A DNA stretch of 56,787 nt, filler included, from Theionarchaea archaeon (GTDB lineage: Archaea; Methanobacteriota_B; Thermococci; Methanofastidiosales; SZ-28-30), in NCBI GenBank assembly GCA_018992565.1. It is 3 parts of 3 records of this genome, joined end to end, with 100 filler letters (N's around TTAATTAATTAA, not from the genome) between each part and the next. Parts side by side here need not be neighbours in the genome. Positions count along the whole stretch, not along the records: positions 1 to 19,755 come from JACVGW010000054.1; positions 19,856 to 38,501 come from JACVGW010000055.1; 1 more part is not named here. One strand, given 5' to 3'. Shown here piece by piece: positions 10,670 to 20,270 of the stretch (position 1 is its first letter; each line of letters opens with the position of its first letter). A program made the position numbers and the translations under genes. The notes below the pieces were generated by a model. It ran no database searches. It had not been told where the DNA came from and saw only the letters and a program-made list of their open reading frames with translations.

Positions 10670-11509
10670 ATGATGCAAAAAAGAGAAATATTGGATTTCT
10701 TCACGAAAAACAGGAGCATGAGTGTAGGGATATCTATATTGTTGATCTACCTGATTGCAGCTATCTTTGCACCTCTACTTTCGCCGCACGATCCATATGA
10801 ACAGAATCTTGATGTGAGGTTGAGCGGTCCATCAAGAGAATATCCTTTTGGAACAGATCAATTTGGAAGGTGTGTTTTTAGCAGGATTCTCTACGGTGCG
10901 AGAATTTCTATCACAATTGGAATTGCAGCAGTGCTATTTGGGCTCATCATAGGATCTGGGTTAGGTATAATAGCGGGGTACAGAGGAGGATTAACAGACC
11001 TGGTCTTGATGAGATTAATGGATGTTCTCATGTCCATCCCTGCATTAATACTTGCCCTGGCGGTTGTGGCTGCACTCGGTCGCAGCATTCCAAATATGAT
11101 ACTCGCAATAGGTATAAACGCGCTTCCGTTATTCGCTCGATTGTCGCGATCATCTGTGCTCTCGATACGAACAATGGAATATATTGAGGCATCAGAGGCC
11201 ATAGGCACAAATTCGTTTAATATCATCAGATATCATGTCTTCAAGAATTGTTTTTCACCACTTCTCATATTCTCCACACTGCATACTGCCAGTGCCATTT
11301 TGATGGCTGCTGCATTGAGTTTTCTGGGATTGGGTGTGCCTCCTCCGACAGCTGAATGGGGTCTTATGACAGCGGAAGCGAGAGTATATCTTCGACAAGC
11401 ACCGTATCTTGTGATTTTTCCCAGCATGGTAATTCTTGTACTCGTTTTGGGATTCAATCTTATTGGAGATAGACTCAGAGACATGCTAGATCCCAAATTG
11501 AGGTTCTAG
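10670..11509 (+). CDS. dppC: Peptide ABC transporter permease
   Basis: Motifs PFGTDQFGRCVFSRILYGARIS, EYIEASEAIG, LSFLGLG..PP..EWG, GDRLRDMLDP. Confidence 0.93.
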   Translation: MMQKREILDFFTKNRSMSVGISILLIYLIAAIFAPLLSPHDPYEQNLDVRLSGPSREYPFGTDQFGRCVFSRILYGARISITIGIAAVLFGLIIGSGLGIIAGYRGGLTDLVLMRLMDVLMSIPALILALAVVAALGRSIPNMILAIGINALPLFARLSRSSVLSIRTMEYIEASEAIGTNSFNIIRYHVFKNCFSPLLIFSTLHTASAILMAAALSFLGLGVPPPTAEWGLMTAEARVYLRQAPYLVIFPSMVILVLVLGFNLIGDRLRDMLDPKLRF

Positions 11510-12499
11510 GTGATAACTATGGATGAAAAACCTCTACTGGAAGTGAAAAATCTGAGCGTAAACTTCTATATAAGACACGGAGTCGTGAATGCAGTAACTG
11601 ATGCGAGCTTTAAAATCCGGAAAAACGAGATACTGGGTCTTGTTGGTGAATCCGGATGCGGAAAGTCAGTCACTGCCTTATCTATTCTGCGTTTGCTTCT
11701 GGAGCCTCCTGCAAAGATAATGGGAGGCAGAATCCTCTACAAGGGAGAAGATCTACTAGAGAAAACTGAAAAGGAGATCAGAGAAATTAGAGGCAAAGAA
11801 ATTTCAATGATCTTTCAAAATCCCCTGTCATCTCTGAATCCGGTATTGACAATAGGATTCCAGGTTTCTGAACCTATCATTCTGCATCAAAATCTAAAAA
11901 ACGATGAAGAAGTGAAAAGAAGGACTGTGGAGATACTGAGGCAAATGGGTATTCCTGAAGCCGAGAAGAGATTGAAAGAGTATCCCCATGCATTCAGTGG
12001 AGGCATGAGGCAGAGAACAATGATAGCAATGGCGCTTTCCTGCAACCCTTCTCTTCTCATAGCGGATGAGCCAACAACATCACTGGACGTGACAATTCAA
12101 TTACAGATACTGAAATTGATGAGGAACTTGAGGAGAGATGTTGGCAGTTCAATATTGCTCATAACCCACGATTTTGGGGTTGCAGCTCAGCTCTGTGATA
12201 CGATCGCAGTAATGTATGCTGGTGAGACTGTAGAATATGGAAGTGCTGTTGATGTCTTGAAGGACCCAAAACATCCTTATACGAAATGCTTATTGCGTTC
12301 CATACCTCGAATAGATGTGGATATAGAAAGACTTGAGCCAATCAAAGGATCTGTGCCAAATGCAATGAATCTTCCTGATGGATGTCGATTCCATCCACGA
12401 TGTCCCTACATGATCGAAGACACATGCGAGAAAATAAAGCCTGAAGCCAGACAACTCACCGAAGGCAGACTAGTACGATGTCATTTATATGGAAGGTGA
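11510..12499 (+). CDS. dppD: Peptide ABC transporter ATP-binding protein
   Basis: Walker A GESGCGKS, signature FSGGMRQR, Walker B IADEPT, C-terminal Cys-rich oligo_HPY domain (HPYT, CRFHPRC). Confidence 0.94.
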   Translation: MITMDEKPLLEVKNLSVNFYIRHGVVNAVTDASFKIRKNEILGLVGESGCGKSVTALSILRLLLEPPAKIMGGRILYKGEDLLEKTEKEIREIRGKEISMIFQNPLSSLNPVLTIGFQVSEPIILHQNLKNDEEVKRRTVEILRQMGIPEAEKRLKEYPHAFSGGMRQRTMIAMALSCNPSLLIADEPTTSLDVTIQLQILKLMRNLRRDVGSSILLITHDFGVAAQLCDTIAVMYAGETVEYGSAVDVLKDPKHPYTKCLLRSIPRIDVDIERLEPIKGSVPNAMNLPDGCRFHPRCPYMIEDTCEKIKPEARQLTEGRLVRCHLYGR

Positions 12500-13481
12500 T
12501 CACAATATGGACTTGATTGAAATGCGAGATGTCAAGAAACATTTTCCCATATACAGTGGAATATTGCCCAAGGTAGTGGGGCACATAAAAGCTGTGGACG
12601 GAATTTCCTTGAGTATTGAACAAAATGAAGTCCTCGGCCTCATAGGCGAATCTGGGTGTGGAAAGACCACGTTGGGCAAAGTCGCCCTGAGGTTGTTGGA
12701 CCCTTCCGAGGGAAGTATCTTTTTTGAGGGAATTGATATTGCCAAAAAAAAGCATGATGATCTTCTCAGTTTCAAAAAAAAGACGCAGATCATATTTCAA
12801 GATGCTCATTCTTCGCTTGATCCCAGAAGCTCTATCGGCCTGAGCGTGGAAGAGCCACTGAGAACTCATAAGATGTTTCAAGATAGGGCTAAAAGAAAGG
12901 AACGAGTAGTTGAGCTTCTCGAAGAAGTCGGGCTCGAATCGGAGCATTATGATAGATATCCGCATGAATTTAGCGGAGGACAAAAACAGAGGATCTGCAT
13001 AGCAAGGGCTTTGGCTTTAGACCCTAAATTTGTGGTTGCAGATGAACCAGTCTCCTCTCTGGATGTTTCTGTGAGAGCTCAGATATTGAATCTCTTGAAA
13101 GATCTTCAGGCAAAGTACCATCTCTCAATATTGTACATAAGCCATGATATTAGTGGTGTAAAATATATCAGCAACAGGGTTGCAATTATGTATCTTGGAA
13201 AGATTGTTGAACTTGCAGATCAGAATGAGATTTTTAAGAACCCGTGCCATCCATACACGAAAGTCTTGTTGTCATCTGTCCCTGTTCCTGATCCTGAAAC
13301 GAGAGAAGAGGTCAAGTTGCTGAAAGGAGAAGTACCTAGTCCGATAGATCCTCCCAAAGCATGTCGATTCCATCCCAGATGTGATTGCTGCACGCCTGAG
13401 TGTAAGGAAAGAGAACCAGAATTGAGGAGGATCAAGAAAGGCCATTTCGTGAGATGTCTTTCTTTCAAGGATCTCGGGTAG
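12489..13481 (+). CDS. dppF: Peptide ABC transporter ATP-binding protein
   Basis: Motifs GESGCGKT, YPHEFSGGQKQR, ADEPVSSLDVS, HPYT, CRFHPRC. Confidence 0.94.
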   Translation: MEGDHNMDLIEMRDVKKHFPIYSGILPKVVGHIKAVDGISLSIEQNEVLGLIGESGCGKTTLGKVALRLLDPSEGSIFFEGIDIAKKKHDDLLSFKKKTQIIFQDAHSSLDPRSSIGLSVEEPLRTHKMFQDRAKRKERVVELLEEVGLESEHYDRYPHEFSGGQKQRICIARALALDPKFVVADEPVSSLDVSVRAQILNLLKDLQAKYHLSILYISHDISGVKYISNRVAIMYLGKIVELADQNEIFKNPCHPYTKVLLSSVPVPDPETREEVKLLKGEVPSPIDPPKACRFHPRCDCCTPECKEREPELRRIKKGHFVRCLSFKDLG

Positions 13482-13485
13482 TTGC

Positions 13486-14127
13486 ATGATGAAACCAGGT
13501 AGCGTGAGAAATCATGCGTTGTTCTCATATTTCCAGCTGATAACTGGCATCTTCCTCATTTCACTGGGGATCATATTGATGCTCAAGGCAAATCTTGGCG
13601 TGGGACCATGGTCTGTCTTCTACATAGGCGTATCAACCCGTCTTCCATTGACTCTTGGAAGAGCAATCCAAGTAGGTGGGCTCTTCATGATACTTCTGGC
13701 ACTCCTTCTTAAGACGTATCCTGGTATAGGCACAATACTTCATATGTTCTTTATGGGATTTTTCATTGATCTCATAAATCCTCTTATTCCTGAGATACAT
13801 TTTCTCGCAAATCAAGTTGCAGTCTTGGCCTGTGGGACTGTCATTTTCAGCATAGGATCAGCGTTATACATAAATGCAGACCACGGAGTTGGGCCAAAAG
13901 ACAGCATGGTGTTGGGAATATGTAAGAAAACAGGAAGAAGCATTAGATTGATTTACAACGCCATGGAAATAATGGCCCTATCTGTAGGATACTTTCTCGG
14001 GGGTCCGGTGGGAATTGGTACTATCGCTGTTGCCCTTTCAGTTGGGCCGATCATACAATTCTTCTTGAAGTTTCTTCCAGAAAAAGAAGTGAGAAAGCAG
14101 AGTATACTACGATCAATATTCCACTAA
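13486..14127 (+). CDS. YczE/YyaS/YitT family membrane protein
   Basis: Duplicated motifs ANLGVGPW / ADHGVGPKD and GIGT twice; multiple transmembrane (TM) segments. Confidence 0.85.
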   Translation: MMKPGSVRNHALFSYFQLITGIFLISLGIILMLKANLGVGPWSVFYIGVSTRLPLTLGRAIQVGGLFMILLALLLKTYPGIGTILHMFFMGFFIDLINPLIPEIHFLANQVAVLACGTVIFSIGSALYINADHGVGPKDSMVLGICKKTGRSIRLIYNAMEIMALSVGYFLGGPVGIGTIAVALSVGPIIQFFLKFLPEKEVRKQSILRSIFH

Positions 14128-14292
14128 TCGTTTTCAGTCCATTTCAAATGAGTGGGGTGTGACAGCCCCAGGAGAGAATTCAAAGATGAACCCAGCGAAT
14201 TTCATCTGAATTGATCTGTAAGAGCAGAGACGGTGATCTGAGGAGCTGCCTGTATTCTTTTGCAACCTGTCGTTCAAGAGAGAAGTGATGGG

Positions 14293-14451
14293 ATGAAAGA
14301 AAAGGTACTATGTGGAATCGTGGTTGTCGCTCTGATCCTCACTGCAGGACTGCCCACTATGGTGGTGATGGCAGATGATGACGACAATTTGTGCTGGGAT
14401 TATCCTGCACGATGCGATAGCATATTCAGTATGTCGACACGAGATCTGTGA
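14293..14451 (+). CDS. Small secreted peptide (52 aa) with signal peptide
   Basis: MKEKVLCGIVVVALILTAGLPTMVVMA|DDDDNLCWDYPARCDSIFSMSTRDL; SD-like GAAGTGATGG upstream. Confidence 0.55.
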   Translation: MKEKVLCGIVVVALILTAGLPTMVVMADDDDNLCWDYPARCDSIFSMSTRDL

Positions 14452-14738
14452 CCCTCTCCCCCCAGGAGATGAAAAAAAGCATGTTACTCGTTCAGCAGAC
14501 ATGATTTCATTGACTGCAACCCATACTGCCTCCAGGAAGTGTGCAGTAGAGCATCATGATGTATATTTCCTTTCTTTTCTTTTTGATGTTTCAAGGACGT
14601 AAGCCTGCCTCCCCTTGTAGATAGAACAGAATTGGCAGCTTTCTTCATGGAAAAATCTTAGTCAATCCATTTCCCGGCACCACTTAGCAAACATAAACGT
14701 TATATATGGACAACTCTTAGCTCATATGGTGATTATCA

Positions 14739-16481
14739 ATGAAAGAGTTGCTCATGGGAAATGAAGCAATTGCCAGAGGTGCTGTTGAAGCTGGTGTGAA
14801 AGTAGTTGCAGCGTATCCTGGCACTCCTTCCTCTGAGATTCCTAATACCATCTCAAAGATAGCCAAAAAGTATGGCATCTATTTTGAATGGTCTACTAAT
14901 GAAAAAGTCGCGTATGAGGTTGCCTTTGCAGGGGCTGTCACAGGATTGCGCTCCATGGTGACCATGAAGCATGTTGGACTGAATGTAGCCTCAGATGCGT
15001 TTATGGCTTCTGCAGAAGTGGGTGTAGAAGGAGGGTATGTAGTTGTTTCTGCAGATGATCCTTCTTTACATTCTTCCCAGAACGAACAGGATAACAGGTA
15101 CTACGCCCGGTTGGCTAATATCCCCTGTATTGAGCCGGGTTCCCCTCAAGAAGCCAAAGATTACACCATCAAGGCATTTGAAATCAGCGAACAATATAAG
15201 ATGCCTGTTATGCTGAGGACCACCACAAGGGTGAACCACACTCGTGGCGATGTAGAATTGGGCGACATACTCTCACTGGAACGCACTCCAAAATTCGAGA
15301 AGAACCCTCGCCGGTACGTTACTGTCCCCACCAATGCGCGCGTATTAAGAGAGAACATCATCAAGAAGATGGACTCTTTCAAATCAGATCTGGACACTAT
15401 AGAAGGAAAAGGGTCTCTGGGAGTTATTGCTTCAGGTATTGCCTATAACTACGTGAAAGAAACCCTCCTCCTGCTTGACGTTGAAGCAGAAATCTACAAG
15501 GTTGCAGTCACTCATCCTCTCAGCAACGCTATTATCGACTTTCTCAACCGACATGATGACGTCATTGTGGTAGAGGAACTCGAACCTATAGTAGAGACGG
15601 AAGTACGTTCCATGGCTCAGAAAGAGAATATACCGGTGACCATCTATGGAAAAGACATTGTCCCCAGGGCCTTCGAGCTGAATACTACCCGGGTGGCCAA
15701 TGCCTTCAGGAAGTACAAGAACCTTCCATTAGAAGAAGTCCGTGAATTTGACATACCCGCGCGACCTCCCATTCTGTGCCCGGGGTGTCCACACCGCGCT
15801 TCCTTCTATGCCATCAGAAAAGCAGCCCCCAAAGGCATCTATCCCTCAGGCATCGGGTGCTACACACTGGGGTTTGTCCCCCCTCTCAGTGCTGTGGACA
15901 GCTGCCTTTGCATGGGTGCGTCTATTGGATTTTCTTGCGGCCTATCAGAATTTGTCTCTGACAAGATTATCTGTACCATAGGAGATTCCAGTTTCTTCCA
16001 TGCAGGTATCCCTCCCTTACTGGATGCTGTTTACAACAAGCACACCTTCGTGGTAATGATTCTGGATAATGAGACAACTGCCATGACAGGTCATCAACCT
16101 CATCCCGGAACAGGTATCACTGGTATGGGAGAGTCTGTGAGGAAGATCTATCCTGAGAAGCTCACAGAAGCCATGGGTATCAAAACAGATGTTGTGGATC
16201 CCCATGATGTCAAGAGGACTATTGAGGTGCTCAAGGAAGCTGTCAAGTCAGATGAACTCCGTGTGGTCATTGCCCGCAGAAAATGTATCTTTTTGGAAGG
16301 TGCAGAAAGGAAGAACCCATATGTGGTTACTGACGAGTGTACAGGATGCAGACTGTGCCTGAACCAGCTGGGCTGTCCCGCCATTGAGTTTGTAGAAGGA
16401 AAAGCAGTCATCAATGAATTATGCAACGGATGTGGTGTTTGTGCCCAGATATGTCCTTCCAATGCAATTACGGGTGATTAG
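14739..16481 (+). CDS. iorA: Indolepyruvate:ferredoxin oxidoreductase alpha subunit
   Basis: Motifs LMGNEAIARGA, YPGTPSSE, MKHVGLNVA, HSSQNEQD, RPPILCPGCPHR, GDSSFFH, LDNETTAMTGHQPHP; C-terminal 2x4Fe-4S domain. Confidence 0.96.
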   Translation: MKELLMGNEAIARGAVEAGVKVVAAYPGTPSSEIPNTISKIAKKYGIYFEWSTNEKVAYEVAFAGAVTGLRSMVTMKHVGLNVASDAFMASAEVGVEGGYVVVSADDPSLHSSQNEQDNRYYARLANIPCIEPGSPQEAKDYTIKAFEISEQYKMPVMLRTTTRVNHTRGDVELGDILSLERTPKFEKNPRRYVTVPTNARVLRENIIKKMDSFKSDLDTIEGKGSLGVIASGIAYNYVKETLLLLDVEAEIYKVAVTHPLSNAIIDFLNRHDDVIVVEELEPIVETEVRSMAQKENIPVTIYGKDIVPRAFELNTTRVANAFRKYKNLPLEEVREFDIPARPPILCPGCPHRASFYAIRKAAPKGIYPSGIGCYTLGFVPPLSAVDSCLCMGASIGFSCGLSEFVSDKIICTIGDSSFFHAGIPPLLDAVYNKHTFVVMILDNETTAMTGHQPHPGTGITGMGESVRKIYPEKLTEAMGIKTDVVDPHDVKRTIEVLKEAVKSDELRVVIARRKCIFLEGAERKNPYVVTDECTGCRLCLNQLGCPAIEFVEGKAVINELCNGCGVCAQICPSNAITGD

Positions 16482-17039
16482 ATGAAATATGATATTGTGT
16501 TAGGTGGCGTTGGAGGTCAGGGCATTTTACTGGCCTCACAGGTCATTGCTCAGGCAGCCATGAACCGAGGGCTGAAAGTGATGATGGCAGAAACTCACGG
16601 AATGGCCCAGAGAGGAGGATCAGTGATTTCCCACGTCAGGCTGGGCGATATATATGGCGCTTTGGTTCCAGAAGGTCATGCTGATCTGGTGGTGGGATTC
16701 GAGTATATGGAAGCATTCAGGCAGCTGAAATTCCTTGCCAAAGGGAAGAAACTTATCATAAACGCTCATAGAATAAAGCCTGTGACTCTCGAGACGTACC
16801 CTGAACTGGACTTCGATCTCGGGGACTATGACGTCCTCAGGCTTGATGCGTCCAGGATAGCGCTCAATCTGGGAAACCCCATTGTAACCAATATGGTTAT
16901 TGTGGGCGCCATGTCTCAGTTTGCCCAGCTGCCTGCTTCACAGCAGGAAATCAAAGATGCTATACGAGAAAGTGTACCTTCCCAATTTGCAGAAATTGAT
17001 TTGAAGGCTTTCGAAGAAGGTGTCAGGGCAGCGCAATGA
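16482..17039 (+). CDS. iorB: Indolepyruvate:ferredoxin oxidoreductase beta subunit
   Basis: Motifs GVGGQG and ETHGMAQRGGSVISHVR; directly follows iorA. Confidence 0.95.
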   Translation: MKYDIVLGGVGGQGILLASQVIAQAAMNRGLKVMMAETHGMAQRGGSVISHVRLGDIYGALVPEGHADLVVGFEYMEAFRQLKFLAKGKKLIINAHRIKPVTLETYPELDFDLGDYDVLRLDASRIALNLGNPIVTNMVIVGAMSQFAQLPASQQEIKDAIRESVPSQFAEIDLKAFEEGVRAAQ

Positions 17040-17634
17040 CGCTTTCCCCCGCCTTTACGCGATCCCCTTCCTGTGCTATTATTTCGAATCGTTGAGGTAG
17101 AATAATGACAACTTGAGAACCCAGCACAATCCTCCCTAACCTTTCTCCTTTTCCAAGATAATCCCCTTCTTGTACGAAGCACTGGATTCTCCTCACGAAT
17201 TTCCCTGCAATCTGGATGATGATCATCCTGGTTTTTCCTTCGCTATCGTCAATAACCACAATATTCCTCTCATTAGAAAGGGCCAGTTTACTGGCCATCT
17301 GGTAGCCCCCTTCAACATAGAGGATCTCCTTGACTGTCCCTTCCATGGGGCTTCTGTTAACATGAATGTCTGTGGGTCCCATAAAAATGGCAACAAGATA
17401 GCAGTCCTCTCTTATTAACCCCTTGAGTTCTTCCAGGTATATCTCGTGCCCATTTTTTGTCACGAGAGGGACGTTCCCCGCCTTCACCGTCTCTATGGCA
17501 ATGATCTTACCATCTGCAGGTGAGACTATTCCTTCTGCTGGAATATCTCGATCAGGGTCTCTGAAAAACTGGAATATGAAAATCAAGAAAGCTATCACCG
17601 GAATGATGACCCACTTCTTTTTCATGGTTGACAA
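17023..17634 (-). CDS. psd: Phosphatidylserine/archaetidylserine decarboxylase proenzyme
   Basis: Motifs FFRDPDR, VSPADG, IFM..DIHVNRSP, NERN, QIAG...RRI and the LGS self-cleavage motif (GRIVLGSQV). Confidence 0.9.
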   Translation of the reverse strand: MSTMKKKWVIIPVIAFLIFIFQFFRDPDRDIPAEGIVSPADGKIIAIETVKAGNVPLVTKNGHEIYLEELKGLIREDCYLVAIFMGPTDIHVNRSPMEGTVKEILYVEGGYQMASKLALSNERNIVVIDDSEGKTRMIIIQIAGKFVRRIQCFVQEGDYLGKGERLGRIVLGSQVVIILPQRFEIIAQEGDRVKAGESVIALP

Positions 17635-18068
17635 GAGAGAAAGAGGTATAAAAAGGTTGTGTAAAAGCAGTGTTCAGGATTTGCATTGTTCCAGCATGCT
17701 AACCAGTACATAGGACTTTTCCTGCTACGTGAGGTGAAAGATTGCAGGTATATGACTCTTTGTAATGTAATTTATTTCAAGTCTTGTACAAAACCAAAAA
17801 ACCGTAGTAGACTCTTGAAAAACAGCAGGCAGACCTTGCAGAAAAGCACGAGATTTCTGCGGTGAATATCTTCACAGAGAGATATTCATGCACGTGTGTT
17901 CAGCCGTTCTGTTGCACATCGTCATGTGATCTGGCAGGAAGTGCAGGATACAGGAGGTGAGCAATATATTAACAATATAGACTAACTTTATTGTTAATCA
18001 TCATTTCTGGTTTTTATTGTTTGTTAATGAGATGATAGTCTTATTAAGATGTAGGTGAACAGAGTATC

Positions 18069-19061
18069 ATGGTACCGTGGAACTCCTCTGTGAGGGAATC
18101 TCCTGTAGAGTGGCTACTTGAGGATAAAAACCCTTCTGTGCGATACTGGACACTGAGAGATATCTGTGGCAAGAGTGAGAACGATTCAGATGTGAGGATG
18201 GCAAGAGAAGACATCATGACGTCTCATCCCGTTACTGAAATACTGAGAAATCAGGAGCCTGAAGGGTTCTGGATCACACGGGAAGATCCATACCTGCCGA
18301 AGTACAGGGCAACCTATCATCAGTTATTGATTCTCTCTGAGCTGGGTGCAGCACCCTGTGAACAGGTTGAAAAGGCAGTAGACTTGTTGTTTGAGAATTA
18401 CCAGTATGATAGCGGTCATTTCAACTGGAAAATGCTGAAGACAGCCAGAGGGAGGGGAAGCAGTCTTGTTGATGGTGCATGTCTGACAGGGAATATTGTG
18501 AGAGCACTCATTCATTTTGGCTACCTTCATCACGAGAAGACGCAGAAGGCCATCCACTTTCTGGTGAGAGTACATGAAGCAGGATGGCCATGCAGGGCGT
18601 ATCCCATTGACAGGGCCAAGGTATTCCCTGAGAAGTGCTACATGGGAGGAGTGAAACCATTGATAGCTCTCTCGATGATACCTGAGGAGGAGAGGACAGC
18701 AGAAATGAGAGAGATCATTGATGAAGAAGTCGAGATCTATCTGGAGAATGAGGTTTTCATGTACCTGAGAGACGAAGGGGGAGAGAGAAAGCCCAAGCCC
18801 GGGTGGACGAGATTTGGGTTTCCTCTATTCTATCAATCTGATGCACTTGAGGTCCTGGATGTTCTAACGAAGCTCGGAGCAAAGGACGAGCGAATGCAGA
18901 AGGCTCTGGACCTGGTACTCTCCAAGCAGAGTGAACACGGAAGATGGAACTTGGAGAATACATTTAATGGGAAGATGTGGGTCGATATTGAAGAAAAGGG
19001 TCGTCCATCAAAATGGATTACTCTGAAGGCTGTGAGAGTGTTGAACCGAATGTATGGGTAG
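18069..19061 (+). CDS. Prenyltransferase/squalene-cyclase-like alpha/alpha-toroid repeat protein, function unknown
   Basis: QW-like repeats (ILRNQEPEGFW, VLSKQSEHGRW), plus WLLE..NPSVRY, FGFPLFY and PSKWIT. Confidence 0.65.
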   Translation: MVPWNSSVRESPVEWLLEDKNPSVRYWTLRDICGKSENDSDVRMAREDIMTSHPVTEILRNQEPEGFWITREDPYLPKYRATYHQLLILSELGAAPCEQVEKAVDLLFENYQYDSGHFNWKMLKTARGRGSSLVDGACLTGNIVRALIHFGYLHHEKTQKAIHFLVRVHEAGWPCRAYPIDRAKVFPEKCYMGGVKPLIALSMIPEEERTAEMREIIDEEVEIYLENEVFMYLRDEGGERKPKPGWTRFGFPLFYQSDALEVLDVLTKLGAKDERMQKALDLVLSKQSEHGRWNLENTFNGKMWVDIEEKGRPSKWITLKAVRVLNRMYG

Positions 19062-19089
19062 GGTAAGGTAGGGTAGGGACTGCAGCTAC

Positions 19090-19755
19090 CTATGGCGAAT
19101 ATGTATGCAGGTCAACAGCACCTGATTCTTTAATTGTGATATAGGTATCCTTTTTCAGGTGAGGAGTACTGGCATCGTTTGCCCACGATCCGGAATTGGC
19201 CAGTTTCTGATTCAGATCTACATAGGGACGGTGCGTGTGCCCATAGACGATAAAACAATCTCCAATCTTGTCTTCAAATTTCTCTCTCTTCTTTGCAGCT
19301 TCTTTCTGTATCCTGTCCAGAACCCTCTTTTCCAGTCTTTCTGAGGGCAAGTTGACGGCATTTCTGAATTTCCGCTTTAGTCTGCCTTTCTTGGGTGTAG
19401 TGAGATGAGGGAAGCACATTCTATACAAATTCCAGAGGCCATCAGCAGTGCGTCCCGTGTTGTCATCTCCCATGCACAGGATGTCGGCAAACTGCTGGTA
19501 GCTGTCCAGACTGTCAGGGAACTCGAATTGGTGCCCGTGCACAAAATAGTAGGTGTAATCTCCATAGGGAATGAGAGCTTCCATCCCAACGTCCAGGTTG
19601 TATTTCCTCTTAATATTCTCGCTTACCTCAATCATGTGATAATCATGGTTTCCCACTACATACTGCACGTTCTTGGATTTCTGCATGTTGCTCAGCAATT
19701 CCAGGATGTCGGTGTAGTCAATGAGCAGTTTAGCCGGGTCTCTTCTCCACATATC
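19090..19755 (-). CDS. Calcineurin-like metallophosphoesterase (LpxH-like), 5'-truncated by contig end
   Basis: Motifs VVGNHD, VHGHQF, YGHTH, NSGSW. Confidence 0.85.
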   Translation of the reverse strand, partial: DMWRRDPAKLLIDYTDILELLSNMQKSKNVQYVVGNHDYHMIEVSENIKRKYNLDVGMEALIPYGDYTYYFVHGHQFEFPDSLDSYQQFADILCMGDDNTGRTADGLWNLYRMCFPHLTTPKKGRLKRKFRNAVNLPSERLEKRVLDRIQKEAAKKREKFEDKIGDCFIVYGHTHRPYVDLNQKLANSGSWANDASTPHLKKDTYITIKESGAVDLHTYSP

Positions 19756-19855
19756 NNNNNNNNNNNNNNNNNNNNNNNNNNNNNNNNNNNNNNNNNNNNT
19801 TAATTAATTAANNNNNNNNNNNNNNNNNNNNNNNNNNNNNNNNNNNNNNNNNNNN
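19756..19855. other. Artificial contig-joining linker (N44-TTAATTAATTAA-N44)
   Basis: A six-frame-stop palindrome embedded in Ns; the genes on both sides are truncated. Confidence 0.97.
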
Positions 19856-19954
19856 ATCACCGACCCATACGGTGACTGTGACATCCTGATCATCGCAGGT
19901 GCTGACAGAGACGCCACCAGAGAAGCAGCTCAAGACCTGATTGACCAGCTGTAA
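19856..19954 (+). CDS. C-terminal fragment of an S-layer-like protein
   Basis: ITDPYGDCDILIIAGADRDATREAAQDLIDQL* matches the (V/I)AGxDRxxTxxAA end of Thermococcal/Methanococcal S-layer C domains; a T-tract follows. Confidence 0.7.
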   Translation: MTDPYGDCDILIIAGADRDATREAAQDLIDQL

Positions 19955-20270
19955 ACATATTTTTCTTTCTTTTTTGTATTTTCTTCTTCGTTAGAGAGAT
20001 TACTTTTCATACCATTTCTCGATATCAATGAGTCCTATTCTCTTTATTCAAGAGCACAAGTTGTTTGTACACATTCTCTACCTAATGAAGACTTCACCAC
20101 ACACCGATGAATCGCGTGTATCTAGGCTACTCCTCAAAAACCCAAGAGCTGACTCCAATCTCTTGGCCACTTAGAAGGAAGTTGTCAGTCACTAATCACA
20201 ATCGCCCAACACTCGGGGCCTCGCTGCGCTGGACACCACCCTACCAACATACCACAGAAATCTGTAATCA

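Noticed and set aside
19756..19855. TTAATTAATTAA palindrome within Ns (also at 38502-38601) as a biological repeat or att site
   Set aside because: It is a six-frame-stop linker used to concatenate contigs, so adjacency across it carries no biological meaning.
20100..20270. Hairpin CCAAGAG/CTCTTGG and GC-rich patch as a MITE or ncRNA
   Set aside because: Only a 7-bp stem, no terminal inverted repeats with target duplication, and a single occurrence.
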